A stretch of DNA of 63,475 nt, filler included, from Octopus bimaculoides (taxonomy: Eukaryota), in NCBI RefSeq assembly GCF_001194135.2. It is 7 parts of 7 records of this genome, joined end to end, with 100 filler letters (N's around TTAATTAATTAA, not from the genome) between each part and the next. Parts side by side here need not be neighbours in the genome. Positions count along the whole stretch, not along the records: positions 1 to 29,890 come from NC_069004.1; 6 more parts are not named here. One strand, 5' to 3'. Numbering within the stretch: the stretch's first letter is position 1; every line of letters starts with the position of its first letter. Both the position numbers and the translations under genes were made by a program. The notes under the pieces are model-generated. The model searched no databases, was not told the DNA's origin, and worked only from the letters and a program-made list of their open reading frames with translations. Below, one piece after another: positions 1 to 11,392 of this stretch.

Positions 1-290
1 GTGAGTGGATTTGGTAGATGGAAACTGAAAGAAGCCCGTCGTATATGTGTATATATACATATATATATGTATGTGTGTGTGTGTGTGTCTGTGTTTGTCC
101 CCTCAACATCGCTTGACAACCGATGCTGGTGTGTTTAGGTCCCCGTAACTTAGCAGTTTGGCAAAACAGACTGATAGAATAAGTACTAGGTTTACAAAAA
201 ATAAGTCCTGGGGTTGATTTGCTCGACTAAAGGCGGTGCTCCAGCATGGCCTCAGTCAAATGACTGAAACAAGTAAAAGAGTAAAGAGTA
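1..290 (+). mobile_element. tRNA-derived SINE family A (octopus-type), 5' end cut by window edge, with internal (TA)n/(TG)n microsatellite
   Basis: gtgagtggatttggtagatggaaactgaaagaagcccgtcg...(TA/TG)n...gtccccgtaacttagc...ccagcatggcc..cagtcaaatgactgaaacaagtaaaaga; the same sequence recurs at about 8683-9080, 15480-15680, 16915-17065 and 61540-61750 (+), and 1804-1935, 7480-7625 and 61890-62050 (-); 3' halves occur at about 310-520 (-), 19150-19350 (-), 48770-49020 and 51000-51140. Confidence 0.85.
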
Positions 291-556
291 TAGCTCTTAA
301 TATTTATCATTTATCTTTCGCTTGTTTTAGTCATTAGATTACGGCCAAGCTGGGGTATAGCCTCGAAGAATTTTTAGTCAAATGAATTGACCTCAGTACT
401 TTTTTTTTAAAGCCTGGTACTTATTCAATCAGTCTCTTTTGCAAAACCGCTAAGTTACAGGGATGTAAACAGACCAACACCAGTTGTCAAGCAGTGGTGG
501 GGAACAAACACAAAGACACACATGCACATATATATGTCTGTGTGTGTGTATAAATG

Positions 557-920
557 TATCAGGTCATCCCATAAGTTCTGTCTGATTTTACCTTTCTTAA
601 TATTAAATGAAATTTAATAGTATTTTAGAATGTCTAATGGAATTAAAAATTATTTTTATGCATTTGTGTACATTTAAACTAATTAAATATTATTTTACAG
701 AATAATAGAATTAAAATTTCTGTGATTAAAACCCTTTCTAACATGGAAGTATCCAAAGAACATTTAAGGCACATAATGCTTTATGAGTACAAAAAAGGAA
801 ACTCTGCAGCTAAAGTGACTCGAAACATACACTCAGTTTATGGGAAAGAATGCTTGAATGAAAGAACTTGCAGAAGATGGTTTTCAAAATTCAGAAATGG
901 AGATTTCAGCCTTGAAGATG
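557..920 (+). mobile_element. mariner transposon, left end and transposase N-terminus, cut by N gap
   Basis: TA + TIR-like tcaggtcatcccataagttc at 557; ORF MEVSKEHLRHIMLYEYKKGNSAAKVTRNIHSVYGKECLNERTCRRWFSKFRNGDFSLED is a typical mariner HTH N-terminus and is related to the copy at 19835-21056. Confidence 0.88.
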
Positions 921-2169
921 NNNNNNNNNNNNNNNNNNNNNNNNNNNNNNNNNNNNNNNNNNNNNNNNNNNNNNNNNNNNNNNNNNNNNNNNNNNNNNNN
1001 NNNNNNNNNNNNNNNNNNNNNNNNNNNNNNNNNNNNNNNNNNNNNNNNNNNNNNNNNNNNNNNNNNNNNNNNNNNNNNNNNNNNNNNNNNNNNNNNNNNN
1101 NNNNNNNNNNNNNNNNNNNNNNNNNNNNNNNNNNNNNNNNNNNNNNNNNNNNNNNNNNNNNNNNNNNNNNNNNNNNNNNNNNNNNNNNNNNNNNNNNNNN
1201 NNNNNNNNNNNNNNNNNNNNNNNNNNNNNNNNNNNNNNNNNNNNNNNNNNNNNNNNNNNNNNNNNNNNNNNNNNNNNNNNNNNNNNNNNNNNNNNNNNNN
1301 NNNNNNNNNNNNNNNNNNNNNNNNNNNNNNNNNNNNNNNNNNNNNNNNNNNNNNNNNNNNNNNNNNNNNNNNNNNNNNNNNNNNNNNNNNNNNNNNNNNN
1401 NNNNNNNNNNNNNNNNNNNNNNNNNNNNNNNNNNNNNNNNNNNNNNNNNNNNNNNNNNNNNNNNNNNNNNNNNNNNNNNNNNNNNNNNNNNNNNNNNNNN
1501 NNNNNNNNNNNNNNNNNNNNNNNNNNNNNNNNNNNNNNNNNNNNNNNNNNNNNNNNNNNNNNNNNNNNNNNNNNNNNNNNNNNNNNNNNNNNNNNNNNNN
1601 NNNNNNNNNNNNNNNNNNNNNNNNNNNNNNNNNNNNNNNNNNNNNNNNNNNNNNNNNNNNNNNNNNNNNNNNNNNNNNNNNNNNNNNNNNNNNNNNNNNN
1701 NNNNNNNNNNNNNNNNNNNNNNNNNNNNNNNNNNNNNNNNNNNNNNNNNNNNNNNNNNNNNNNNNNNNNNNNNNNNNNNNNNNNNNNNNNNNNNNNNNNN
1801 NNACCAAATCCACTCACAAGGCTTTGGTTGGCCCAAGGCTAAATTAGAAGACACTTGTCCAAGGTGCCATGCAGTGGGACTGAACCCGGAACCATGTGGT
1901 TGAGAAGCAAACTTCTTACCACACAGCCATATCTGCGTCTATTTAATTATAAACATATAATAGAATTTTTTAAAATCATTGAATGGCTATGAGACATCCA
2001 CTAGAATAAAATAGGAATCAAAGAGGTCCATAGGTAAAAATATGGTTGAGAACCACTTGGTTAAAACATGAGAGAAGGTACCAGAGCAGAACAGTTTGCT
2101 TGCTGTAGAGCTGCTACATTACTATTGACGATTTAGAAGTAAGGCCATTTCCCTGAAGATACCAGGGTC

Positions 2170-2352
2170 CTATCTTCATTCTTACTTACTAAAATCTTGA
2201 ACTTTGTTACATTTATCTTAAGACTTCTCTATCCTCAGTTTAGCTTCTGAGCCTGGAATTTTCTCTTAATTCTCTTTATCTATGAAAAATAGATCATCAG
2301 TGTTTCCACGGACACCCATTATTAAATTCAACTGTGATGGCTTGTAGGACTA
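2170..2352 (-). mobile_element. RTE-clade LINE reverse transcriptase fragment (downstream half, split by mariner insertion)
   Basis: Minus strand reads (II)VLQAITVEFNNGCPW...SLKINVTKFKILVSKNEDRTLVSSGKWP, the RTE RT region around and after the (decayed) YADD motif. Confidence 0.75.
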
Positions 2353-3550
2353 TTAGGTTGTCAAGAAAGTTCTTGCGGTTTTTAACCTTTAAATTCAGAT
2401 GCACATATCTCAGCTCAAACAAAATTTTATTAATCGAAATAAACACCATCAGAATCAACACACTTTTGTCAACGTGAGACAAGTTGATTTATGCCAGTAG
2501 CGTAAAAATTCTGTGTTCTGGTGGTGATGAAGTCGTTGAAGGCATGTTTGGCATCGTCTTGGTTTTTGAAGCATTTCTCACGCAGGAAGTTGTTGAGATG
2601 CTTGAAAAAGTGGTGGTCGGTAGGCAAGAGGTCTGGTGAGTATGGCAGATGAGGCAGAGTTTTGTAGCCCAATTCATTCAACTTCTGCAGGGTCAGTTGT
2701 GTGACGTGCAGCCGAGTGTTGTTGTGGACAAGAATTGACCAATGCTGGCTGTTGTTGTTGGAGTTTCTTATGCATTTCATCCATTTGCTGACAGTACTTC
2801 TCCGTTGTAATGGTTTTGCCTGGATCCAAAAAGCTGTGATGGCCGCAGACCACCAAACAGTCACCATGACCTTCTTTTGGTGCAACTTTGGTTTCGGGAA
2901 GTGCCGTGGAGCTTCATTGGCATTCAACGACTGGGCTGAGCATTGCCAGTTATCGTAAAGAATCCACTTTTCATCACAAGTCACAATTCAGTCGAAAAAC
3001 GGGTCATTCTTGTTGCGTAAAAGAAGGGAAGATGACACTTCAAAATGGCGTTTTTTTTTGGTTGTTTTTCAATTCATGTGGCACCCATTTCTCGAGTATT
3101 TTTGTTTTTCCAATCTCTTTCAAGTGGTTGAAAATTGTTGTATATATTATGTCTAATTCAGAAGCAAGCTCTCAAACAGTTGTGTGTGGATTGGCTTCAA
3201 CTAAGGCTCTTAGTTGATCGTTGTAAACATCTGATGGCCAACCACTATGCTTATCATCTTCAAGACTTGTCACCGCTACGAAATTTCTTGAACCACCATT
3301 GTGCTGTACATTGTGAGCTGTTTAAGCCTAGCTTGAACTGGAATAAGAAAATTGTGCAAATTTGCTTTTTGTCCATGTCGTATTCAATGTTCTGCAAAAA
3401 ATGGCCTAATTATTCAACATGATTAGATAGAGCGTAAAACAGGCTTTAAAATGATATATAAAGTCAAAATAATTTAACGAAAATTAATTTGAAAATACAT
3501 CATTTAAAACCAAAATTTAAAATTCCGCAAGAACTTCTTTGACAACCTAA
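2353..3550 (-). mobile_element. Near full-length mariner transposon, Hsmar1/cecropia-like, with TIRs and TA target-site duplication
   Basis: Left TA|TTAGGTTGTCAAGAAAGTTCTTGCGG and right CCGCAAGAACTTCTTTGACAACCTAA|TA are inverted repeats; 1198 bp between the TA dinucleotides. Confidence 0.95.
2430..3376 (-). pseudogene. mariner D,D34D transposase pseudogene (frameshifts, stops, N-terminal deletion)
   Basis: MDKKQI.TIFLFQFKLG...WWFKKF...KWVPHEL...VTCDEKWILYDN...HFPKPKLHQKKVMVTVWWSAA...PYSPDLLPTDHHFFKHLNNFL...FYATGINQLVSR*QKCVDSDGVYFD*. Confidence 0.92.
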
Positions 3551-4081
3551 TATTATGAGCAATGATGGACTCCTACCTTCACACTAAATTCATCACTGAA
3601 ATTGTTGTTGGTTCTCACTTTACTTAGCTGTATTTTTGTACATGACCTGTACAGCTTTCACAAGCCATTTGTCCATACTTTGTCTCTTTAGTGACTACCA
3701 ACTTATTGAATGCAGTACCCTACCAAATGCATTCTCCAAATCAATGAATACCAGGAATAGTGGTTTAATCTTAGCTAAATATTTTTCCTGCAGTACTTCT
3801 AGGCGTGAAGCCAAATTGCATCTCTTCTAAGTCTATTCTGTCATGGATCAACTGTGCTATGACCCTGTCTGTGACCTTCATAACTTGATCCAGTAGTTTG
3901 ATTCTTCTATAACTGCGTCTCTCTGAGGCATCTCCTTTGCCACTGCAGCAATTTACAAGGATACTGCTTAACCCCATGCATTACTCATATTTAGCAACTT
4001 CTCATAATAACACTTATTTGTGCTCTATATCAATGGCAATATGTTATCATTCTGAATGCACTTCTCGCCAATGATAGTTCT

Positions 4082-4085
<4 letters not shown>
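3551..4085 (-). mobile_element. RTE-clade LINE reverse transcriptase fragment (upstream half)
   Basis: CYYEKLLNMSNAW...KGDASERRSYRRIKLLDQVMKVTDRVIAQLIHDRIDLEEMQFGF...FIDLENAF...WLVKAVQVMYK...DEFSVKVGVH. Confidence 0.85.
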
Positions 4086-4126
<41 letters not shown>

Positions 4127-4328
4127 TATTGTCACACAATCCTGAACAAATTACACCTCTGATCCTCACATTGGAAGATAGGCAAAGAGATCTTCCTCTC
4201 TGTTTCATCTTTAGTCAAGTATATGTGTCACATAGCTCATCCTTCCAGGTTTCCCAAGCCTGTCTCCAAGACTTCCCTGTCAACTGCATCATTCCACCAC
4301 CACATCACTTTTGGCTTGGCTGGGTGTA

Positions 4329-4377
<49 letters not shown>

Positions 4378-4460
4378 GAGGCACAAGCACATACACAGAC
4401 ATATACACATGCAGCAGTAACTTCCGCCTACCAAATTCAATCACAAAGCTTCGGTCGGCC

Positions 4461-4498
<38 letters not shown>

Positions 4499-4524
4499 TA
4501 AACACTAGGAATGTACAGAAAATA

Positions 4525-5430
4525 GACATTGTGAAATGCCTGGGGTGATCCTTAGAAGTAGTAAGATAACTTCCATTACCTAGGTGACCAAGTTAGCAGT
4601 CGAGGAGGATGCTTTGAGAGCATAGCTGCTAGAATAAGAATGGGCTGGGCAAAGTTCGGAGAGCTTCTACCTTTGTTGGTAACAAAGGGCCTCTCCCTCA
4701 GAGTGAAAGGCAGATTTTATGATGCCTGTGTATGAACAGCCATGCTACATGGCAGTGAAACATGGGCTGTGACTGCAGAGTACATGTGAATGCTTGAAGG
4801 AAAGGAAACCAGCATGCTCTGCAATGTGCAATGTCAGTGTGCATGTATGAGAGAGTGTAAGTGATTTTAGAGAAAAATTAGGTATAAGAGGTATCGGATG
4901 TAGTGTGTAAGAGAGAGGATTGTGGTGGTATGGTCATGTGATGCATATGGTCATGTGATGCATATGGTCATGTGATGCATATGGTCATGTGATGCATATG
5001 GACAAGGAGAGCTGTGTAAAGAAGTACTGATCTCTAATTGTGGAGGGAACCTGTAGAAAAGGTGGACCCAGGAAGACATGGGACAAGGTAGTGAAATATA
5101 ATCTTCAGTTGTAGAATCTCACACAGGCAATGACAAAATGACAACTGACCAAAACTTCTAGCAATTTGCTGTGCTTGAGAAGACATGTTAAGGTAAGTGA
5201 ATCATGGTCATTGCTAGTACTGGTGACACATAAAAGGCACTCATGGCAGTGACACGTAAAAGGCACCCAGTACACCCTGAAAAGTGGCTGGCATTAGGAA
5301 GTGCATCCAGCTGTAGAAACCATGCCAAAACAGACATTTGGAGCCTGGTGTAGCTCTCTGGCTTACCAGTTCTGGGCAAATCATCTAACCCATGCCACAA
5401 TGGAAAACAGACATTAAATGATGATAATAC
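4525..5430 (+). mobile_element. RTE-clade LINE 3' fragment (ORF C-terminus plus 3' tail ending ttaaatgatgat)
   Basis: FHYLGDQVSSRGGCFESIAARIRMGWAKFGELLPLLVTKGLSLRVKGRFYDACV*TAMLHGSETWAVT...LWWYGHVMHM...GGPRKTW; tail resembles 23500-23718. Confidence 0.85.
4929..4998 (+). repeat. Perfect 4-copy 17-bp tandem repeat (TGGTCATGTGATGCATA) inside the RTE ORF
   Basis: Read directly; the unit corresponds to the single YGHVMHM codon block of the LINE. Confidence 0.95.
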
Positions 5431-6232
5431 ACACACACATATGGATATATAGGTATGTATATATATGTGTATATCTGTAGGGGCGTGTGTGTTGCACCTC
5501 CTCCTTCCAGTATCTGATGTTAAAGAAGAGATAACTAATCCAAAATGCATGCATCCATCAGTATGGTTAAGAGGTTCTTTTAGCTGATTTGGTGTCTTTT
5601 CACCTATTTGTCTACAGCGAGAGATTTTCTCCACGACAAAATACAGTGAATGGCTTCTTATGGGTTTAAATATGCCTCAACCATATTTCAACTGGTATCA
5701 CACACACACACACGTACATACACACACATGGCCACGCACATGCACACACGTTTTCTTTTTATCTCATTTCTTCTCTTCCTCGTCTCTCCTAGACTATTCC
5801 TGAGTATCTGAAGAAGGACCATGTCCAAAATGTTAGCAAAGCCACAGAAGGCTGAAACGTGTCTGATGTTCTCATGAATCCCTGCTGGGACGACATTCCC
5901 CTTGCTTACATATGTGTGTGTGTGTACACACACTTACACACACACAGACACACACACACACATACATATATAAATATACCTGCATATGCATAAATACTTT
6001 TGTCTATGTACATATATAGACACACACATATACACTCACATATATATACATGTGTATATATGCATGTGTGAGTATGTATATATGTGTGCGTGTGTGTCTG
6101 AGAGTATATATATGTATGTGAGTATATACAGACACGCACACACACACACACACACACACATCATCATCATCGTTTAACGTCTGCTCTCCATGCTAGCATG
6201 GGTTGGACGATTTGATATATATCTATATATAT

Positions 6233-6263
<31 letters not shown>

Positions 6264-7979
6264 TACATACACATGCTAATAAGCCAGAAATTTCTTAAGA
6301 GACAAGTTGATTAAATCAACCTCAGTACTTGTTTCGTACTTTATCAACTCCCAAAAAAGATAAATAGCAAAGCTGACTTCAACAGGAACAAAACTGAGAA
6401 TGTGAAGAGCTGAAAGAAATTAAATAACACAACTTTCTTTGTCCAATGTACTAACGATTCTGCCAATCCAATCCGGGCCCCCTATAATTACACCAATAAG
6501 TCAACTCCCTTAACACATACCAAACAATCACCACTGAATACTAAAATGCGTAACACAACCCACACACTTCATACTCGACATAATCACCACCTGACACTAT
6601 AAAACACGGCAACATATTAGAAAACAGCGTCACTACCCAACAATCTTACATGACTCACATTGCACATATTCAACACAATCAAGCAACCAGATGAAACAGT
6701 AAAATAACACCAGAAACAACAAAATAAAAACACAATAAACCTCAAACAGATGTAGCATTCAAAGATAATTCTACTCTGCCAAAAGACAATGCTATACACA
6801 TCTCTAGAAAACAGAGGGACATCTGGTAATGGTGGTGGTAAAGGTGGTGGTGGTGGTGCAGAACAAAGTATAATACTGATTTCTTACATTGGCACAAGGC
6901 CACATATCTTAGGAGAAGGAACAGCTGTGCCGTAAAGGTCCAAATCTGGAGAGGGAGGAATGACTGAGTCAATATCAATGACTATTATTTGACTGATATC
7001 CATTTCATTGACTCCCAGAAGATGATCAATGCCAGTATTTGACTAAGTAAGTTCAAATCCTGCTGAGGTCGACTTTGCCTTTCGTCCTTTTGGGGGGTTG
7101 ATAAAATAAATACTTGTTGAGTACTGAGGTTGATTTAACTGACTTAACCCCTTCCCCATTCTGGTGCACCACCTTGAAGATTTCTAGTTGAACAAATTGA
7201 CCCTAGTACTTATATTTTTTAACCTGGTACTTATTTTATTGTATGTCTATATAGGTATGCATATATGTACATATACACATATGCATACATATATACACAT
7301 ACATATATATAAGCATACTTGCACATACATATAAATATATTTGTATGTGTACATATATAGACACATACATATACACATATATATATACATGTGTTATACC
7401 ACTAAGTTATAGGGACATACAGACAAAAAGACAAACATACAGATACACACACATACACACACATACACACAACGAGCTTCTTTCAGTTTCTTCCTATCAA
7501 ATCCACTCACAAGGATTTGGTCAGCCCGAGGCTATATAGAAGATACTTGCCCAAGGTGCTGTGCAGTGAGATTGAACCCAGAACCATATTGTTTAGAAGC
7601 AAACTTCCACACATCCGCACCTATAATTTAGTCCAACTAATTACCTTTTATGCTACTTCATCATGTTTTACTCAACCAAGAGAGCATCTAGGAAGCTCGT
7701 TCAACCCATTGAAAGCAGCAACCAAATTCTTTCCAATCACAGTCTACACTCTTAGACAAACCCCAGTCCCAAGAGGAATGACCCTTGATTATAAGTCTGC
7801 CTATAAAGCTACCCTAAAGCTAAATATCCCACTTTGGCACATTTAGGACCACTGTAGCTGATGAAATTGACTTGCAGTGTATGACTGGTATCTCTCCTGC
7901 AGAAGTGAAAGGTTAAAATTGAACCTAAGGCATAAGAGATTTGAACTCAGAATATAATTACAACACCACTGCCATCACC

Positions 7980-8207
7980 TTGACCCTTTAATGTTCAAAT
8001 TACTCTACCAAATGTAAAGCTTATTTATTCATATTGTTTTGAATTAGTCATGTATTGTCTCATAGCTTTAAGATTTTGATGATGTTATTGTCTGTTTTTA
8101 GGATGACATAGTAGGGTAGGTGTGAGAGGCCAAACCTGGCCAGTTCAAACATAAAACAGGAGGCATATTTGGGCTTGATATGGCCAGTTTAAATGCCAAA
8201 GGGTTAA
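7980..8207. mobile_element. piggyBac-type MITE (TTAA target, CCCTT...AAGGG ends)
   Basis: ttga|cccttta...gccaaaggg|ttaa; homologous copy at 14271-14495. Confidence 0.7.
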
Positions 8208-8682
8208 GTTCATCTTCTACTGCCATTCCTTAATTATTTCTAACAGACTTAAATGCCATATCAGAGTAAAGGGTAAACATTCAAAAGTCAAACCATCAAA
8301 GATCTCGATAGGGTCACTTGACTTTCTAGAACTAACAACCAAATCTCCAAATTTTACCATGCAGTCTTAAAATAAGGGGAAGAATACACAGGATAATATG
8401 GAGATTTGTCCCTTAACTCCTATTGAAGTCTATGTATGTTGTAAGCTACTTTTCATGTATTTCCTGCTACTGTTATAACTACATTCAAGTAAATTTATAT
8501 AGCTATGAAATTGTGTACATTTATACATACATATCTATATTCTTAGTATTTTAATGCATTCCACTCAATATTTCTGTCACCAATTTCTTGAAGAAATCAT
8601 ATTATATAATTATGCTTGTGGGTATATTTTTCTAATTATGTGGTCAAAATTTCCATATATGTTACACAGATATTTTATTCAC

Positions 8683-9080
8683 ATGGTTCCGAATTCATTC
8701 CTACTGCGTGGCACCTTAGGCAAGCGTCTTCTACTACAGCCTCGGGCCGACCAAAGCCTTGTGAGTGGATTTGGTAGACGGAAACTGAAAGAAGCCTGTC
8801 GTATATATGTGTGTGTGTATATATATATATATACATATATATATGTATACATATATATATGTATGTGTGTGTATATGTTTGTGTGTTTGTGTTTGTCCCC
8901 CCAACATCGCTTGACAACCGATGGTGGTGTGTTTACGTCCCCATAACTTAGTGGTTCAGCAAAAGAGACTGATAGAATAAGTACTAGGCTTCCAAAGAAT
9001 AAGTCCTGGGATTGATTTGTCGACTAAAGGCGGTGCTCCAGCATGGCCGCAGTCAAATGACTGAAACAAGTAAAAGAGAG
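8683..9080 (+). mobile_element. SINE family A copy with internal microsatellite
   Basis: catggttccgaattcattcctactgcgtggcaccttaggcaagcgtcttctactacagcctcgggccgaccaaagcc... through ...gaaacaagtaaaagag. Confidence 0.85.
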
Positions 9081-9087
9081 TACTTAA

Positions 9088-9380
9088 CTGGCACTCTGTT
9101 ATGACGACAGCTGTTCCAGTTGATCCAATTAATGGAACAGCCTGTGGATGAGTACACCACAGACACATACCCTTAATGTAGTTCTCAGGGAAATTTGGCA
9201 TGACACAGAATGTGATAAGACTGGCCCTTTGAAATACAAGAACTACTCATTTTTGCCTGCTGAGTGAACTGGAGCAATGTGGAATAAAGTGTCTTGCTCA
9301 AGGACACAATGCACAACCAAGAATCAAACTCATGACCTTACAATTATGATCTGAATACCCTAACCACTAAGCCATGCGCT
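9088..9380 (-). mobile_element. tRNA-derived SINE (head gcgcatggcttagtggttaggg..., core tgtgtccttgagcaagacactt)
   Basis: A-box/B-box-like head on minus strand; related copies at about 25300-25447 (-) and 25673-26020 (+); its 3' part resembles the 3' part of 21824-22172. Confidence 0.75.
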
Positions 9381-9499
9381 TTTATCTACCTATGTAGTGA
9401 GTATACTTAGATTTTGGACAGAATTAGCCCAGGTCATGATTGACTAAATAGCAGCACTTGATGAAAACATCTAATCATGTTTCATATTACAGTCATAAT

Positions 9500-9760
9500 T
9501 TAGGTACCATAGCCCGTTTGAGTAAAAAGTTATTGTTTGCAGAGATATATCTAGGAATAAGTGGTTTATCTGGAATTTGTTGGAGGAATTCCTCCCAGAA
9601 TCATTTGAATGTTATGAGTTCTTTTCTTTCTTTTATGTGTCTTGGCATAATGTTAAAGAGAGGAGAGCCAGTTGAGGTGAAATAGTTCTTAGTGTTGTGG
9701 TATGTATTTTGTACACTTCACTATCAGAACTACAGATGTGGTAAGTTCTGAAATAGATTG
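9500..9760 (-). mobile_element. LINE ORF2 C-terminal fragment (CR1/L2/Jockey group)
   Basis: YHNTKNYFTSTGSPLFNIMPRHIKE...TFK*FWEEFLQQIPDKPLIPRYISANNNFLL, resembling the GP.LFN.LP...FK..LD.FL..IPD.P C-terminal motif. Confidence 0.6.
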
Positions 9761-9829
9761 AGTAATACTAACTGCTGTATCTATGTTCAGTATTTTGATA
9801 TATTTTACACTATTAGAAACCATAAACCA

Positions 9830-10215
9830 CTGGTCAGAACACATTATATGTATGCCTCAAACATGCTTCCCCTGTCAACTCCTCTTTACAAAATAAGCCT
9901 CAGGTACCAGACCACGTGGAAACCCCAAATTCCTTTTCTGAAACCAGTTCAAGGCCACCCTGCTCTGCTGCTCCATTGAGCCAAAATACCTGGGAGACAA
10001 TTGCCAAGAATTGCCCAAAGTGGTTGCATACCATTATCAAGGGAACGGACCAGATGGAAAATAACAGACATCAAGAGGCAGAGATCAGACGTCAAAGACA
10101 GACTTACACTTTCTTGTCGCCCACCAACCCACCCCGTGATAAATGATCTCTGGTTCTTCTATACAACCCTTGGCCTGAACAGCCACAGCCACCTCAGGCA
10201 CCGGCTCCCTTTGCA
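9830..10215 (+). mobile_element. RTE/BovB-like LINE C-terminal fragment
   Basis: CMPQTCFPCQLLF..ASGTRPRGNPK...TWETIAKNCPKWLHTIIKGTDQMENNRHQEAEIRRQRQ...LGLNSH, matching the RTE C-terminal pattern (W..LA.DR..WR...GL.SH). Confidence 0.65.
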
Positions 10216-10941
10216 CCTATCAGGACAAAGTGACTCAATTACTTACTACAGATTAACCACTCAGATAGGAGTTAATACTGACATCAATGAAACCATAAAC
10301 TACTGTTACCTGAAAGAAACTGTTTCTATGTAAATATATTTGTGTGAAAATATTTCTATTGCATTTTAGGTTACATATAATTGATTACCTTACTTCACAA
10401 AACCCCCAGATCACCAAATAGAGGATGCATTCAATAAAGGTGGCAAGCTTGCAGAGTCACTACTGCATCAGATAAAATTCTTTCAGCTCTTTAAGATTTT
10501 AAGTTCCGAGTTCAAATGCAGCTGTGGTCAACTCTGTCTTTCATCCTTTCAGGATTGATAAAGTATCAGTTGAGCACTCTAATCTGTTGGCCTTGAGTCA
10601 AAATTAGAAAGAATATGATAATTCAATAGGGCTAGGCCAGGTAATTAATAACCAAATAAATTCAGAAAAGAATAAACCAGAATTAATTGTTTCTAATTGA
10701 GACACAAAGCTTGAAATTTTGTGGGAGAGATCATTAGTTGATTAGATCAACTGCAATACTTGATTTGAAGTTAATTTTGTTGATCCCCTACAAAAATGAA
10801 AAGTAATGTGGTTACAGACAAGATTTGAACTCAGGACAAACAAAGTTGAAATAAATACTATCAGACATTTATTCAATGCTCTTAAAACATGTGCTCTGTC
10901 AATTATAGCAGTGAGGGTTCCAACTGATCTGATCAACGGAA

Positions 10942-11392
10942 CCAATTCAAACAGATCAGGTGCTAGAGCATAACAAACCAGACCTAGTGGTGGTCAACAA
11001 GATGCACAACATGTGCTATATAATTGATGTTGTGTGCCCCTTTGACCCACAAATGGTCAAGAAGGAAGGCAAAAAAATAGATAAATACAACCCTCTTAAG
11101 TATGAAATAACCCGACTATGGAAAATGAAGAAAGTGAAGATAGTGTCAGTTATTGTTGGGTTCTCGGGGACAGTATCAGAAGGCATCAAGAGGAATATAA
11201 AGGAAATTGGAACAAAGTGCCCAGTAGAACTGTTACAAAAGGTTTGCCTCCTTGGTACAGCCAGAATAATCAGGAAAGTATTAGATAGTTGAAAAGAACA
11301 AACAGCATGGTACCGTAGGCTGCAGACAGCAAGCCCACTATGCATGCAAGAGTCCAGGAGTTCCAACAAAACCTGTGATAAAAAGAAATAAT
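10942..11392 (+). mobile_element. 5'-truncated R4/Dong-clade non-LTR retrotransposon: restriction-like endonuclease (PD..D) domain plus 3' UTR
   Basis: IQTDQVLEHNKPDLVVVNKMHNMCYIIDVVCPFD...KIDKYNPLKYEITRLW...VIVGFSGTV...LQKVCLLGTARIIRKVLDS*; ends ...aaagaaataat. Confidence 0.88.

Noticed and set aside
722-1903. 393-aa ORF and other long ORFs spanning N runs (e.g. 15427-16622, 47127-48224, 49652-50368, 56706-57942)
   Set aside because: Their length comes from untranslatable N; only the first ~60 aa of 722-920 (mariner) is real coding-like sequence.
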